From contig CBDBOU010000003.1 in the NCBI GenBank assembly GCA_965208535.1, positions 282,623-346,622 of the forward strand: 64,000 nt of DNA. Reading direction: 5' to 3'. This document shows positions 29,351 through 37,383 of the stretch, piece by piece. Under the pieces are notes generated by a model. It worked only from the letters and a program-made list of their open reading frames with translations, searched no databases and was not told the DNA's origin. The stretch's first letter is position 1. Every line of letters begins with the position of its first letter. A program made the position numbers and the translations under genes. Source of the DNA: Vicinamibacterales bacterium (GTDB lineage Bacteria; Acidobacteriota; Vicinamibacteria; Vicinamibacterales; UBA8438).

Positions 29351-30688
29351 TCAGCCCCGTACGAACAGGTCGCGCACGCCCCGCACGGCGGCGTCCTTGC
29401 AGCAGACGAGCAACGTGTCGCCTTCCCGAATCACGTGGTCGCCGCGCGGCACGATGACCTCGCCGGCGCGCAGCACGGTGCCGATGATGGAGTCCCGCGG
29501 GAGGCGCAGGTCCTTCACCGCGGTAGGCGCGAGCCCTGCCGGCGCGGTCAGCTCCACGACGCGGGCCTGTCCCTCCTGCAGGATGGCGAGCAGGCTGGCC
29601 CGCCCCCCGTCGATCTGGTGGACCACGGACGTCACCGCCGCGCCGCGGGCGGACAACGCGACGTCGATGCCGACGCGCTCGAACAAGCGATGGTTGGCCC
29701 GCTTGCTCACGCGGGTGATCACCTTCCCGACGCCGAGCTGGTGTCCGAGCAGGGAGGCGAGCAGGTTGCGCTCGTCGTTGTCGATGACCGACACAAGGAC
29801 GTCGCTGCGGCCGATGTCCTCGTTCTCCAGCAACTCCAGGTCCGTGCCGTCCCCGTGGAGGACCAGGGCGCGCGACAGCGCCGCCGCCAGCATCTCCCCC
29901 CGCGCGCGGTCCCGTTCGATGACGCGGAGTTGAATGCCGTCGGCGCGTTCGAGGTGTTGCGCCAGGCGGTAGCCGACGTCCCCGCCGCCGATGATCGTCA
30001 CGAGTTGCGTCCCGGCATCGCCGGCGGCCGGCGCCATCAGCGCGCGCAGTTGCGCCATGCCGTCGCGGTTGCCCATCAGGACCACCCTGTCGCCCGCCTC
30101 GATGCGCGTCTCGCCGCGGGGGATGGAGGTCGAGTGCTCGTGCTTCACCGCGATGACGACCACCCCCGCCGGCAGGTCGAGCGACGCCAGCGGCGGTCCG
30201 ACCAGCGGCGAGGCGGGGTCGAGCCGGTACTCCAGCATCTCGATGCGGCCGCCCGCGAACACCTCGGCATCGGTGGCGCCCGGGGCCATGATGATCCGCT
30301 CGATGTCGGCGGCCAGCTCCCCCTCGGGCCAGATGATCTCGTCTATGCCGAAGTGGCCGTGCAGTCCGTCCGCGCCCCCGACCAGCAGGTCCTCGCGCGT
30401 GGCGAAGCAGATTGTTCTCCGGGCGCCCAGCCTGCTGCCGAGCGCGCAGGCGACGATGTTCACCTCGTCGAGCTGCGCCGCGGCGATGAACAGCTCGCAG
30501 CGCCCGACCCCGGCGCGCCGCAGCACGTCGGGATTGGCGCCGCTGCCCGCCACGAACTCCACGTCGGCGTCCGCGAAACGCTCGCCGACCAGCGGATCCG
30601 AATCGACCACGAAGACGTCGTGCGCCGGGCCGAGGGCTTTCGCCAGCGGGTACCCGATAGCCCCGCCGCCGATGATGATGATGTGCAT
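29351..30688 (-). CDS. trkA: Trk system NAD-binding subunit TrkA (two RCK/KTN domains)
   Basis: 445 aa. It has two Rossmann motifs (IIIIGGGAIG and VTIIGGGDVG), each followed by an RCK_C domain. Confidence 0.92.
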   Translation of the reverse strand: MHIIIIGGGAIGYPLAKALGPAHDVFVVDSDPLVGERFADADVEFVAGSGANPDVLRRAGVGRCELFIAAAQLDEVNIVACALGSRLGARRTICFATREDLLVGGADGLHGHFGIDEIIWPEGELAADIERIIMAPGATDAEVFAGGRIEMLEYRLDPASPLVGPPLASLDLPAGVVVIAVKHEHSTSIPRGETRIEAGDRVVLMGNRDGMAQLRALMAPAAGDAGTQLVTIIGGGDVGYRLAQHLERADGIQLRVIERDRARGEMLAAALSRALVLHGDGTDLELLENEDIGRSDVLVSVIDNDERNLLASLLGHQLGVGKVITRVSKRANHRLFERVGIDVALSARGAAVTSVVHQIDGGRASLLAILQEGQARVVELTAPAGLAPTAVKDLRLPRDSIIGTVLRAGEVIVPRGDHVIREGDTLLVCCKDAAVRGVRDLFVRG

Positions 30689-30905
30689 CCGATCGCCGCC
30701 GCTGGCGGCCGTCTTCGGCCGCCGTCCGCCGCTTCTTCAATCCTACTCCCGCCGCAACGCCCACGCGTGCGCGGCCGCGACCGCCGGCCGCGCACAAACC
30801 GGTGCGCGCGGCGCGGCGGGAGGACCGACGTCGTGACGATGCACGTCCGCATCGCCGTCTCCGGTAGAGAGCCACGCCGCCCCGAACCGGATATACTGCC
30901 GGCCC

Positions 30906-32201
30906 ATGGATGCCGCCACCCTGTCTCTCGGCGCGCTGGCGATCGCCATCGTGGTCAGTTGCACGATCCGGCTGCACGTCGGGTTCCTGGCGATCTCGCT
31001 CGCCTGGGTCGTCGGCGTCTACATCGCCGACATGAGCGCCGCCGAGGTGATGAGCGGCTTCCCGACGCGGCTGTTCCTGACCCTGGCCGGCGTCACCCTG
31101 CTCTTCTCGCAGGCGCAGGCCAACGGCACGCTCGATCTCATCGCCCACAAGGCGGTGCTGCTGTGCCGCGGCAACGTCGGCGTCATGCCGATGATGTTCT
31201 TCGCGCTGTCGTTCGTGCTCGCCTCGATCGGGCCGGGCAACATTGCCTCGGTCGCCCTGATGGCGCCCATGGGCATGGCCGTGGCCGGGCAGGTCGGCAT
31301 CCCCGCGTTCCTGATGGCGATCATGATCGGTAACGGCGCCAACGCCGGCTCGCTCTCGCCGATCGCTCCGACCGGCGTCATCGTCAACGGCGTGATGGAC
31401 GAGATCGGGCTCAGCGGCTATGCGCTGTCCACCTACCTGAACAACATGATGGCGCACGCCGTCGTCGTCTTCGCCGCCTACTTCCTGCTCGGCGGCTGGC
31501 GGCTGCTCGGCCGGTATCACGAGGGCGCGCTCGTCGTTCCGGGGCGGGGGAGCGGCGACGGCGCCGAGGGCGAGGCCGGGGCGGAGGACTTCGGGCGCGA
31601 GCACTGGATCACGATCGGCGTCATCGGCGCGCTGCTGGTCGGCGTCATCCTGCTCGGCGTGGACGTTGGGCTCGGCGCCTTCGGCTGCGCCATCGTGCTG
31701 GCCCTGCTCAAGGCGGGCGACGAATCCGAGGCGGTCAAGATCATGCCCTGGCGCGTGATCATGATGGTCTGCGGCGTCACTGTGCTCATCTCGGTCCTGG
31801 ACGAGACCGGCGGCCTGGAGCTGTTCACCCGCGTGCTGGCCGGCGTGTCGACCGCCAACACCGTGACCGCCGTCATGGCGTTCACCACCGGTTTCATCTC
31901 CATCTACAGCAGCACGTCCGGCGTCGTCCTGCCGGCGTTCCTGCCCACCGTGCCGGGCCTGGCCGCGCAGGTCGGCGGCGTCGAGCCGCTGGCCATCGCC
32001 TCGTCGATGAACGTCGGCGCCCACCTGGTCGACGTCTCCGCGCTCTCGACCCTCGGGGCGCTGTGCATGGCCGCCGCGCCGAAGTCCGAGGACCCGCGGA
32101 AGCTGTTCAACAAGCTGATGGCGTGGGGCCTGTCGATGACCATCGTCGGCGGGTTCACCTGCTGGCTGCTGTTCACCGTGCTGCGCATCGGGATCGGGTA
32201 G
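30906..32201 (+). CDS. Anion permease of the ArsB/NhaD (SLC13/DASS-like) superfamily
   Basis: 431 aa with about 11-12 predicted TM helices, an internal acidic loop, and repeated halves. Confidence 0.75.
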   Translation: MDAATLSLGALAIAIVVSCTIRLHVGFLAISLAWVVGVYIADMSAAEVMSGFPTRLFLTLAGVTLLFSQAQANGTLDLIAHKAVLLCRGNVGVMPMMFFALSFVLASIGPGNIASVALMAPMGMAVAGQVGIPAFLMAIMIGNGANAGSLSPIAPTGVIVNGVMDEIGLSGYALSTYLNNMMAHAVVVFAAYFLLGGWRLLGRYHEGALVVPGRGSGDGAEGEAGAEDFGREHWITIGVIGALLVGVILLGVDVGLGAFGCAIVLALLKAGDESEAVKIMPWRVIMMVCGVTVLISVLDETGGLELFTRVLAGVSTANTVTAVMAFTTGFISIYSSTSGVVLPAFLPTVPGLAAQVGGVEPLAIASSMNVGAHLVDVSALSTLGALCMAAAPKSEDPRKLFNKLMAWGLSMTIVGGFTCWLLFTVLRIGIG

Positions 32202-32251
32202 CATTCGCCAACCCCGGAGCGATACGCCGCGCATCCCGCGCGGCAAGTCCC

Positions 32252-32917
32252 ATGATTCAAGATCTCAAGATCTCGAACTTCAAGTGCTTCCACGACGTGC
32301 ATCTCCGCGACCTCGGCCGGTTCAACGTCATCGTCGGCCGCAACGGCGGCGGCAAGACGGCCTTCCTGGAGGCGCTCTTCCTGCTTGCCAGTGTCGGACC
32401 GGAACTGGTGCTCAAGATACGACGTATGCGCGGCCTTGGAGACAGCGTCGCCATTTCTGCGGAACGCGGGTCCTTCGAGTCGCTTTGGCGCGACCTGTTC
32501 TTCGATTTCGATCAGACATCGACTATCGCGCTGCGTTCCGTCGGGACCGACGAGAACACGAGGTCGCTGACCGTGTCTTACGGTCCCCCGGCGGGCACCA
32601 CCCTGCCGTTCGGGAAGGGATCGGTCGAAGAACGTATGCGGCACGCTACAATCGACTTTGAATATGGGCTCGCCAACGGTAACGCAGTCAAGTGCCAATC
32701 AGCGCTCACCAGTCAGGGTGTGTCCTTCGGAGCGGTCGTTGAGACGTTCCCTGCGATCCTCCTGTCTCCCGTGGTCCGCGAGGGTCCGGAGCACAGGGCT
32801 GCCTGCTCCCGACAATCCGGTAACGATCGTCGACGGCACGCACGACAGCCCGTCCACGGGCATCTACATGATGCCGAGGGCCAACGCGATCGGAGCGCTC
32901 GAGACGCTTCTTGTTGA
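32252..32917 (+). pseudogene. N-terminal fragment (~180 aa) of an AAA/ABC-like ATPase (OLD/AAA_15-21 type); reading frame decays after ~32800
   Basis: MIQDLKISNFKCF...NVIVGRNGGGKTAFLEALFLL carries the Walker A motif. No Walker B, signature or H-loop follows. GC3 drops after ~32800 and the tail is Arg/His-rich junk. Confidence 0.6.
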
Positions 32918-33173
32918 GGCCATCCTTCAGGAGCACGAGGGCCTTACAGAGTGCCTGCAGCAATTGGACGCGTGCGCTGCGACGGACTGCGGCGGATGGG
33001 ACGCAGTGAAGCGCGCCAAGATGCAGTTCCAGACCGTAGTGGCCATCACATGGCGGGACGATCCGAGTGCCGGAGCTGCACACATCTGGTCGAAGACGCA
33101 CAATCCGGTTCCGGCTGCGAGTCCCGTGTTCGATGAACTGGCTGAGTTCCTGCGACGCGCGGCGGAAATCTGA
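32800..33173 (+). pseudogene. C-terminal fragment of a second gene (DUF3226-like by recollection), read in another frame
   Basis: High GC3 appears only from ~32800 in the frame of ORF 32658..33173. The peptide is NPVTIVDGTHDSPSTGIYMMPRANAIGALETLLVEAI...FDELAEFLRRAAEI. No credible start or N-terminal half is present. Confidence 0.45.
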
Positions 33174-34923
33174 GATCCGACAACAGAGATACGCATTGGC
33201 TGACGCGATTTCCTGGTACGACGCGCGCGCCGAACAGCTCGCAGATCGCTACGAGAGCGTACCCGCCGAACGGATTCATCACTGGCTCGAGGACCTGCTT
33301 CCCTCGAAGACGGGGACCGTCCTCGACGTCGGTGCGGGCAGTGGTCGTGACGCCGCGTGGCTTGCGTCGCAGGGTTACGACGTTGTCGCGGTCGAACCGT
33401 CAGGCAACATGCGGACGGCCGCACGACAGCGGTACGAAGATCGACCGATCCAGTGGCTTGCCGACTCCCTGCCGAGCCTCGAACGGACGTTCAGGAGCGG
33501 TCTCTCGTTCGACGTCATTCTGCTCAGCGCCGTCTGGATGCACGTCGCGCCTTCCGACCGGGCAAGAGCGTTCCGGAAACTCATTACCCTGCTCAAGCCG
33601 GGCGGGTTGCTCGCGATCACACTGCGGCATGGTCCGGCCGAACCGGAACGGGGATTCCATCCTGTCTCGGAAGATGAAATCCGTAGACTGGCCCAGGACC
33701 ACGGCGCCTTCATCGAGAGGCACGGTGCCGCGGACGACCACCTGGGCCGGACCGATGTCCAATGGACGCACTTGGCAATCCGGCTGCCGGACGACGGGAC
33801 GGGCGCCTTGCCACTCTTACGGCACATCATCCTCAACGACGACAAGAGCTCCACCTACAAGCTGGGCCTCTTGCGGACGCTGTGCCGGATCGCCGACGGC
33901 GCCGGCGGCGTCGCAGGGTCGGCCGATGACGATCATGTCTCCATCCCAATGGGCCTGGTCGCCCTGACCTGGATTCGCCTGTACAAGCCATTGCTCGCCG
34001 CGGATCTGCCGCAGAATCCCTCGAATCGCGGCTGCGAACGGCTCGGATTCGCAAAGACCGCCTTCAGGAGGCTCAGCGAGGTCTCACATCACGATCTGCG
34101 GGTGGGCATGCCGTTCACCGGGCACACCGGCGCGGCGCTTCACCAGGCCATCAAGGATGCGGTGCGGACCATCGTCCAGATGCCCGTGCGCTACATGACC
34201 TATCCCAACGGAACACGTTCCATCCTCCCGGTGCGCGGCCCGGTCACGGCTTCGCGTGCGCCGGCCGGGTTACGGCTGGACGGGCCCTATCTCGCCAGCT
34301 TTGGAACGATGCGCGTGCCGGTTCACCTGTGGGCGGCCATACAGCGCTTCAGTGCCTGGATCGAGCCCGCCATCATCGCCGAGTGGATACGCGTGACCCA
34401 GCGTTACGGAGCCACACAGGGACGATCACTCGACGAAGCCCGGCTGGCCGCGGCCATGACATGGTCCGATCCGTGCCGGGACGTGAGGGTTCCGCGGGAG
34501 CGTGCCGAGCAATTGCTCGCGGCACGACGTCTCTACTGCGTCTGGAGCGGCAAGCGGCTGACCGCCGCCAACCTCGACATCGACCATTGCTTTCCCTGGA
34601 CCGTCTGGCCCTGCGGCGATCTCTGGAATCTGATGCCCGCCCACAGAACGGTCAATCAGCGCGAGAAACGTGATCGGCTGCCGGCCGACCCGTTGCTGCG
34701 AACCGCGCAGGAACGGATCCTCTGCTGGTGGGACGCTGCGTATCGCGAGAATCCGGACCACCCGCTGGCGCAGCGCTTCGCACTGGAAGCGTCGGCGAGC
34801 CTGCCCGGTGTCGTCGCGGCGGACGCGGATCTCGACAGCTACTACTCCGCGCTGAACCTGCAGCGCCTGCGGCTGAAGCAGAACCAGCAGGTTCCGGAAT
34901 GGAGCGGCACGCCCTACCTGTGA
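33133..34923 (+). CDS. Fusion protein: class I SAM-dependent methyltransferase + uncharacterised helical/wHTH-like middle region + C-terminal HNH nuclease
   Basis: Part of ORF 33067..34923. VLDVGAGSGRDAAWLA..VVAVEPS is SAM motif I/II. KSSTYKLGLLRTLCRIA lies in the middle region. The C-terminus LDIDHCFPWTVWPCGDLWNLMPAHRTVNQREKRDRLP is an HNH His-Me finger. The start is uncertain (ATG 33133 or TTG 33196). Confidence 0.75.
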   Translation: MNWLSSCDARRKSEIRQQRYALADAISWYDARAEQLADRYESVPAERIHHWLEDLLPSKTGTVLDVGAGSGRDAAWLASQGYDVVAVEPSGNMRTAARQRYEDRPIQWLADSLPSLERTFRSGLSFDVILLSAVWMHVAPSDRARAFRKLITLLKPGGLLAITLRHGPAEPERGFHPVSEDEIRRLAQDHGAFIERHGAADDHLGRTDVQWTHLAIRLPDDGTGALPLLRHIILNDDKSSTYKLGLLRTLCRIADGAGGVAGSADDDHVSIPMGLVALTWIRLYKPLLAADLPQNPSNRGCERLGFAKTAFRRLSEVSHHDLRVGMPFTGHTGAALHQAIKDAVRTIVQMPVRYMTYPNGTRSILPVRGPVTASRAPAGLRLDGPYLASFGTMRVPVHLWAAIQRFSAWIEPAIIAEWIRVTQRYGATQGRSLDEARLAAAMTWSDPCRDVRVPRERAEQLLAARRLYCVWSGKRLTAANLDIDHCFPWTVWPCGDLWNLMPAHRTVNQREKRDRLPADPLLRTAQERILCWWDAAYRENPDHPLAQRFALEASASLPGVVAADADLDSYYSALNLQRLRLKQNQQVPEWSGTPYL

Positions 34924-35132
34924 CGCGGCTGGCGGAGCGTCGCCCCCGCGTTCGTCCCCCGCGCCCGCGGTCTGGAAACCCTGCGGCTCCGTTCATTCGA
35001 TTCGGGGCGTTGGCGGGATCGCCGGCGGCCGGTACCCGCCGGCGCGCTGGTCTTGATCTTGCTTGCCGATCGTGGCGACGGATTCGTCTACGAATCGACG
35101 AGCGGACGGGGCTACAATCGAGGGGACAGGCC

Positions 35133-35549
35133 ATGACGCCGGAAATCATCACGATCCTGACCATCGGAGTCACGCTCGGCAGCGGTCAGCTCGCGACCGT
35201 ACTGTGGATCACCGGTCGCTTCGAGCGGCTGGAGAAGAGCATCGCGGAGCGGTTCGAGCGCGCGGAGCAGCGTAGTGTCGAACGGTTCGAGCGCGTCGAG
35301 CAGCGCAGTGTCGAGCGGTTCGAGCGCAGTGTCGAACGGTTCGAACTGTACGAGCAACGCAGCAGCGCACGCTTCGAGCAGGCCGAGCGGAACAGCGTGC
35401 GGCGCTTCGAGCAGTTGCTGCAGATTACAGCCGAGCTCCGGGAGCGGCTGGCGAGAATCGAGGGTCTTGTCGAAGGCGGCGTCATGCGCAGGGCGTCCGG
35501 GACATCGCGAGACCCGAAACTCACGGAGCAGCACGCGCCCTCCGGCTGA
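35133..35549 (+). CDS. Small membrane-anchored protein with 11-residue (hendecad) RFExxEQRSVx repeats
   Basis: 138 aa within ORF 34728..35549. ATG at 35133 is preceded by TACAAT (35113..35118) and GAGGGGA. An N-terminal TM helix is followed by 6-7 tandem RFE repeats. Confidence 0.65.
   Translation: MTPEIITILTIGVTLGSGQLATVLWITGRFERLEKSIAERFERAEQRSVERFERVEQRSVERFERSVERFELYEQRSSARFEQAERNSVRRFEQLLQITAELRERLARIEGLVEGGVMRRASGTSRDPKLTEQHAPSG
35214..35414 (+). repeat. Tandem 33 bp (11-codon) coding repeats
   Basis: Units at 35247..35279 and 35280..35312 are near-identical (GARCGGTTCGAGCGCGYSGAGCAGCGYAGTGTC). Degenerate or shortened units flank them. Confidence 0.85.
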
Positions 35550-35652
35550 GCGCGCCACGTGACGTGAACGTCGCCGCGGAGGCAGGTCGGCATAGTCGAG
35601 TCGCTGGCCCAACGGCTCTGCCGCAGCACGGGGCAGCACCGGATTCCGGTGT

Positions 35653-37044
35653 TTACCGCAGCACCTCGAACACCGTCAGCGCGTCGATCACGTGCACACC
35701 GGTGTCCACGGTGGGATCTGTCGCGCCCAACGGCGCGAACACAACCGGCACGGTCTCCAGCTCGCCGGCGCCCGGAATCGCCGGCGCGCCCGGACGGAAC
35801 CGGAACGCCGCCGCCGACAGCGGCCGCGAAGCCGATTTCGCCTCGCCGATGAGCAGGCGTTGCCCATCCACCGACCGCGCCACCACGTCGTACTCCGGCT
35901 CGTTGCCCCGCCAGTAGCGTTGCGCCGGTTCCCAGGGACCGAGATCGGCGAGCGGCGACGCGGACTGGTGCAGGAATGGCACCGCCGTGCGGCACAGCTC
36001 CTCCCAGGCCTGCGCTTCGAGCCCGGCGCGGTGACGGCGCCAGTACTCCAGCCGCGTCTCGCGCGGCGCTTGCGCGAGCGCCGTCCGCCCGGGGACGACG
36101 ACCCGGAACCACAGCCGCAGGAACGGGTCGTCTATTCGATACAGGCTCCGCTTGCCGGCGCGGGGCTCGCTGCCGAACGGCGTCTCGCGGCGCACGAGGC
36201 CCATCTCGGTGAGCGCCGCCAGTGGCCGCGACAGGCTGGAGGCGGGCCAGCCGAGGCGGCCCGCTATCTCGCTGGCGCGGTGCGCGCCGCCGCCGATCAC
36301 GTCCAGCAGGGGACGGAGCGCCGTGGCCGGCGGGACCTCCTCCAGAAGCAACCGATCCGGCTCCAGGTGCAACGGGCCGGCCGGGTCGAGCACGAGGGTG
36401 TCGACGGCGCGCTCGAGGTCGAGTCCGAACGGCTCGGCGAGCTCCCAATAGCGCGGCATCCCGCCCCACGCCGCGTAGAGCGACAGCAGGTCGCGGCCTC
36501 CGGCACGGGGGAAGAGGTCCGCGAGGTATCCCGGTCTCAGTGGGCGCACGGCGAAGGCCTCGCGTGCGCGGCCGTAGAGCGGGGCACCGGCCGAGAGAAT
36601 CGCGCCGTGCATCATCCGCTGGCTCGAACCGCTGACCACCAGGGTCGGGCGCCCCGGCGTCGTGTCGATCCACGCCTGGAGGGCACCGGTCAGGGTCGGG
36701 TCTGCGGCGACGAGGTAGGGCAGCTCGTCCAGCACGAACGGCCCGGGCCAGCCGTTGCCGGCCGCCTCGCCGGCGAGCCGCGACAGGAAGGAGCGCCAGT
36801 CCGGATACTCCACGTCGGCGAATCCGGGAAACCGTTGCTGGACCGCGGCGGCCAGGTAGCGCCGCTGTACCGGGGGCGCCGAGGGTTCCGCCGCCGCGTA
36901 CAGGCCGTCGTGGAGCTGCGACCACTCGATGAGCAGGCGCGTCTTGCCCACCCGGCGCCGGCCCCAGATGACGGCGAGGGCGCCCGGATCGGTCAGCGCG
37001 GCGTCGAGCCGCCGCATTTCGTCGGCACGGTCGATGAAGCGCAC
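35653..37044 (-). CDS. AAA+ ATPase (archaeal-ATPase family) with wHTH and C-terminal DUF234 (PD-(D/E)xK-like) domain
   Basis: Walker A GRRRVGKT, Walker B FVLDELP, a wHTH around ASEIAGRLGWPASSLSRPLAALTEMGLV, and DUF234 EYDVVA..LLIGEAK are present. I prefer GTG 37044, because the codons up to 37110 are AT3-rich. Confidence 0.8.
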   Translation of the reverse strand: MRFIDRADEMRRLDAALTDPGALAVIWGRRRVGKTRLLIEWSQLHDGLYAAAEPSAPPVQRRYLAAAVQQRFPGFADVEYPDWRSFLSRLAGEAAGNGWPGPFVLDELPYLVAADPTLTGALQAWIDTTPGRPTLVVSGSSQRMMHGAILSAGAPLYGRAREAFAVRPLRPGYLADLFPRAGGRDLLSLYAAWGGMPRYWELAEPFGLDLERAVDTLVLDPAGPLHLEPDRLLLEEVPPATALRPLLDVIGGGAHRASEIAGRLGWPASSLSRPLAALTEMGLVRRETPFGSEPRAGKRSLYRIDDPFLRLWFRVVVPGRTALAQAPRETRLEYWRRHRAGLEAQAWEELCRTAVPFLHQSASPLADLGPWEPAQRYWRGNEPEYDVVARSVDGQRLLIGEAKSASRPLSAAAFRFRPGAPAIPGAGELETVPVVFAPLGATDPTVDTGVHVIDALTVFEVLR

Positions 37045-37101
37045 GCATATATTATGCAGAACAGCATTATGTGGATGTGAATAAACTGGAGGATGCTCCG
37101 C

Positions 37102-37272
37102 TCGACGCACGCCTCCGGCGGCGGCGCTCTATCCTGTCGGCGGCGCGAGCCGAAGAGCGGGCAGCGGCCGAAGCTGCGTCGGCGTTTCGACGCACGCCTC
37201 CGGCGGCCGGCGCTCTATCCTGTCGGCGGCGCGAGCCGAAGAGCGGGCAGCGGCCGAAGTTGCGTGGGCGTT
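37102..37272. repeat. Intergenic 85/86 bp tandem repeat, two copies
   Basis: 37102..37186 and 37187..37272 differ by 1 indel and 2 substitutions. Each unit is bounded by CGACGCA...TGCGTCG (7 bp inverted ends in copy A). Confidence 0.9.
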
Positions 37273-37354
37273 GTAGCGGTCGGTGGGCAAAACGCTGCAT
37301 GTAAGGCCACAGGCATCCTTCCCTGAACCGCTCGTCGAAATGTGGAATACCAGG

Positions 37355-37377
37355 GTATGTGCATACTCTGGTAAGAT
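37355..37377 (+). promoter_or_regulatory. Putative promoter/operator of TA module 4 (GTATG-TG-CATAC inverted repeat plus TAAGAT -10 box)
   Basis: TAAGAT (37372..37377) ends 6 nt before ATG 37384 and there is no SD. The inverted repeat at 37355..37366 lies just upstream. Confidence 0.45.
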
Positions 37378-37383
37378 AGCGGC

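Noticed and set aside
30689-30905. A possible c-di-AMP (ydaO/kimA-type) riboswitch upstream of trkA, including the perfect hairpin GGCGGCCG-AAGA-CGGCCGCC at about 30700..30720.
   Set aside because: The hairpin is real, but I could not identify the pseudo-two-fold conserved ACGGGGA/CCCA-type cores of the ydaO motif, and there is no U-tract. The evidence is insufficient to call a riboswitch or terminator.
29136-32246. Very long ORFs: 29136..32246 (1036 aa), 41275..44556 (1093 aa), 50863..53919 (1018 aa), 8471..10711 (746 aa) and 264..2198 (644 aa). Many other ORFs of 100-700 aa lie on the opposite strand or in an alternative frame of recognised genes.
   Set aside because: Their translations are Arg/Gly/Pro/Ala-rich and low in complexity, with no family motifs. 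Each is fully overlapped by an ORF with clear homology-type signatures (trkH/trkA, GH65, PhoD/GMC, PhoD, acyltransferase). Stop-poor shadow frames are expected at about 70% GC.
32202-32251. A short similarity between the island's left edge (GCATTCG...GCATCCCGCGCGG) and the core of the foldback element (GCATTCGAGCGGCGATGCATCCCGCGTGG).
   Set aside because: Only about 20 scattered matching bases in GC-rich sequence. That is too weak to call an element remnant without a statistical alignment.
35653-37110. Using the most upstream start (GTG 37110) for the DUF234 ATPase.
   Set aside because: Codons between 37045 and 37110 are AT3-rich (GTT TAT TCA CAT CCA CAT AAT ...), unlike the rest of the gene. 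This stretch looks like promoter DNA, so I prefer GTG 37044.
37071-37326. ORFs 37071..37304 and 37093..37326, which lie inside the 85 bp tandem repeat.
   Set aside because: The one-base indel between the copies puts the two units in different frames. The peptides are Arg-rich junk, and the GGAGG abuts the ATG with no spacing.
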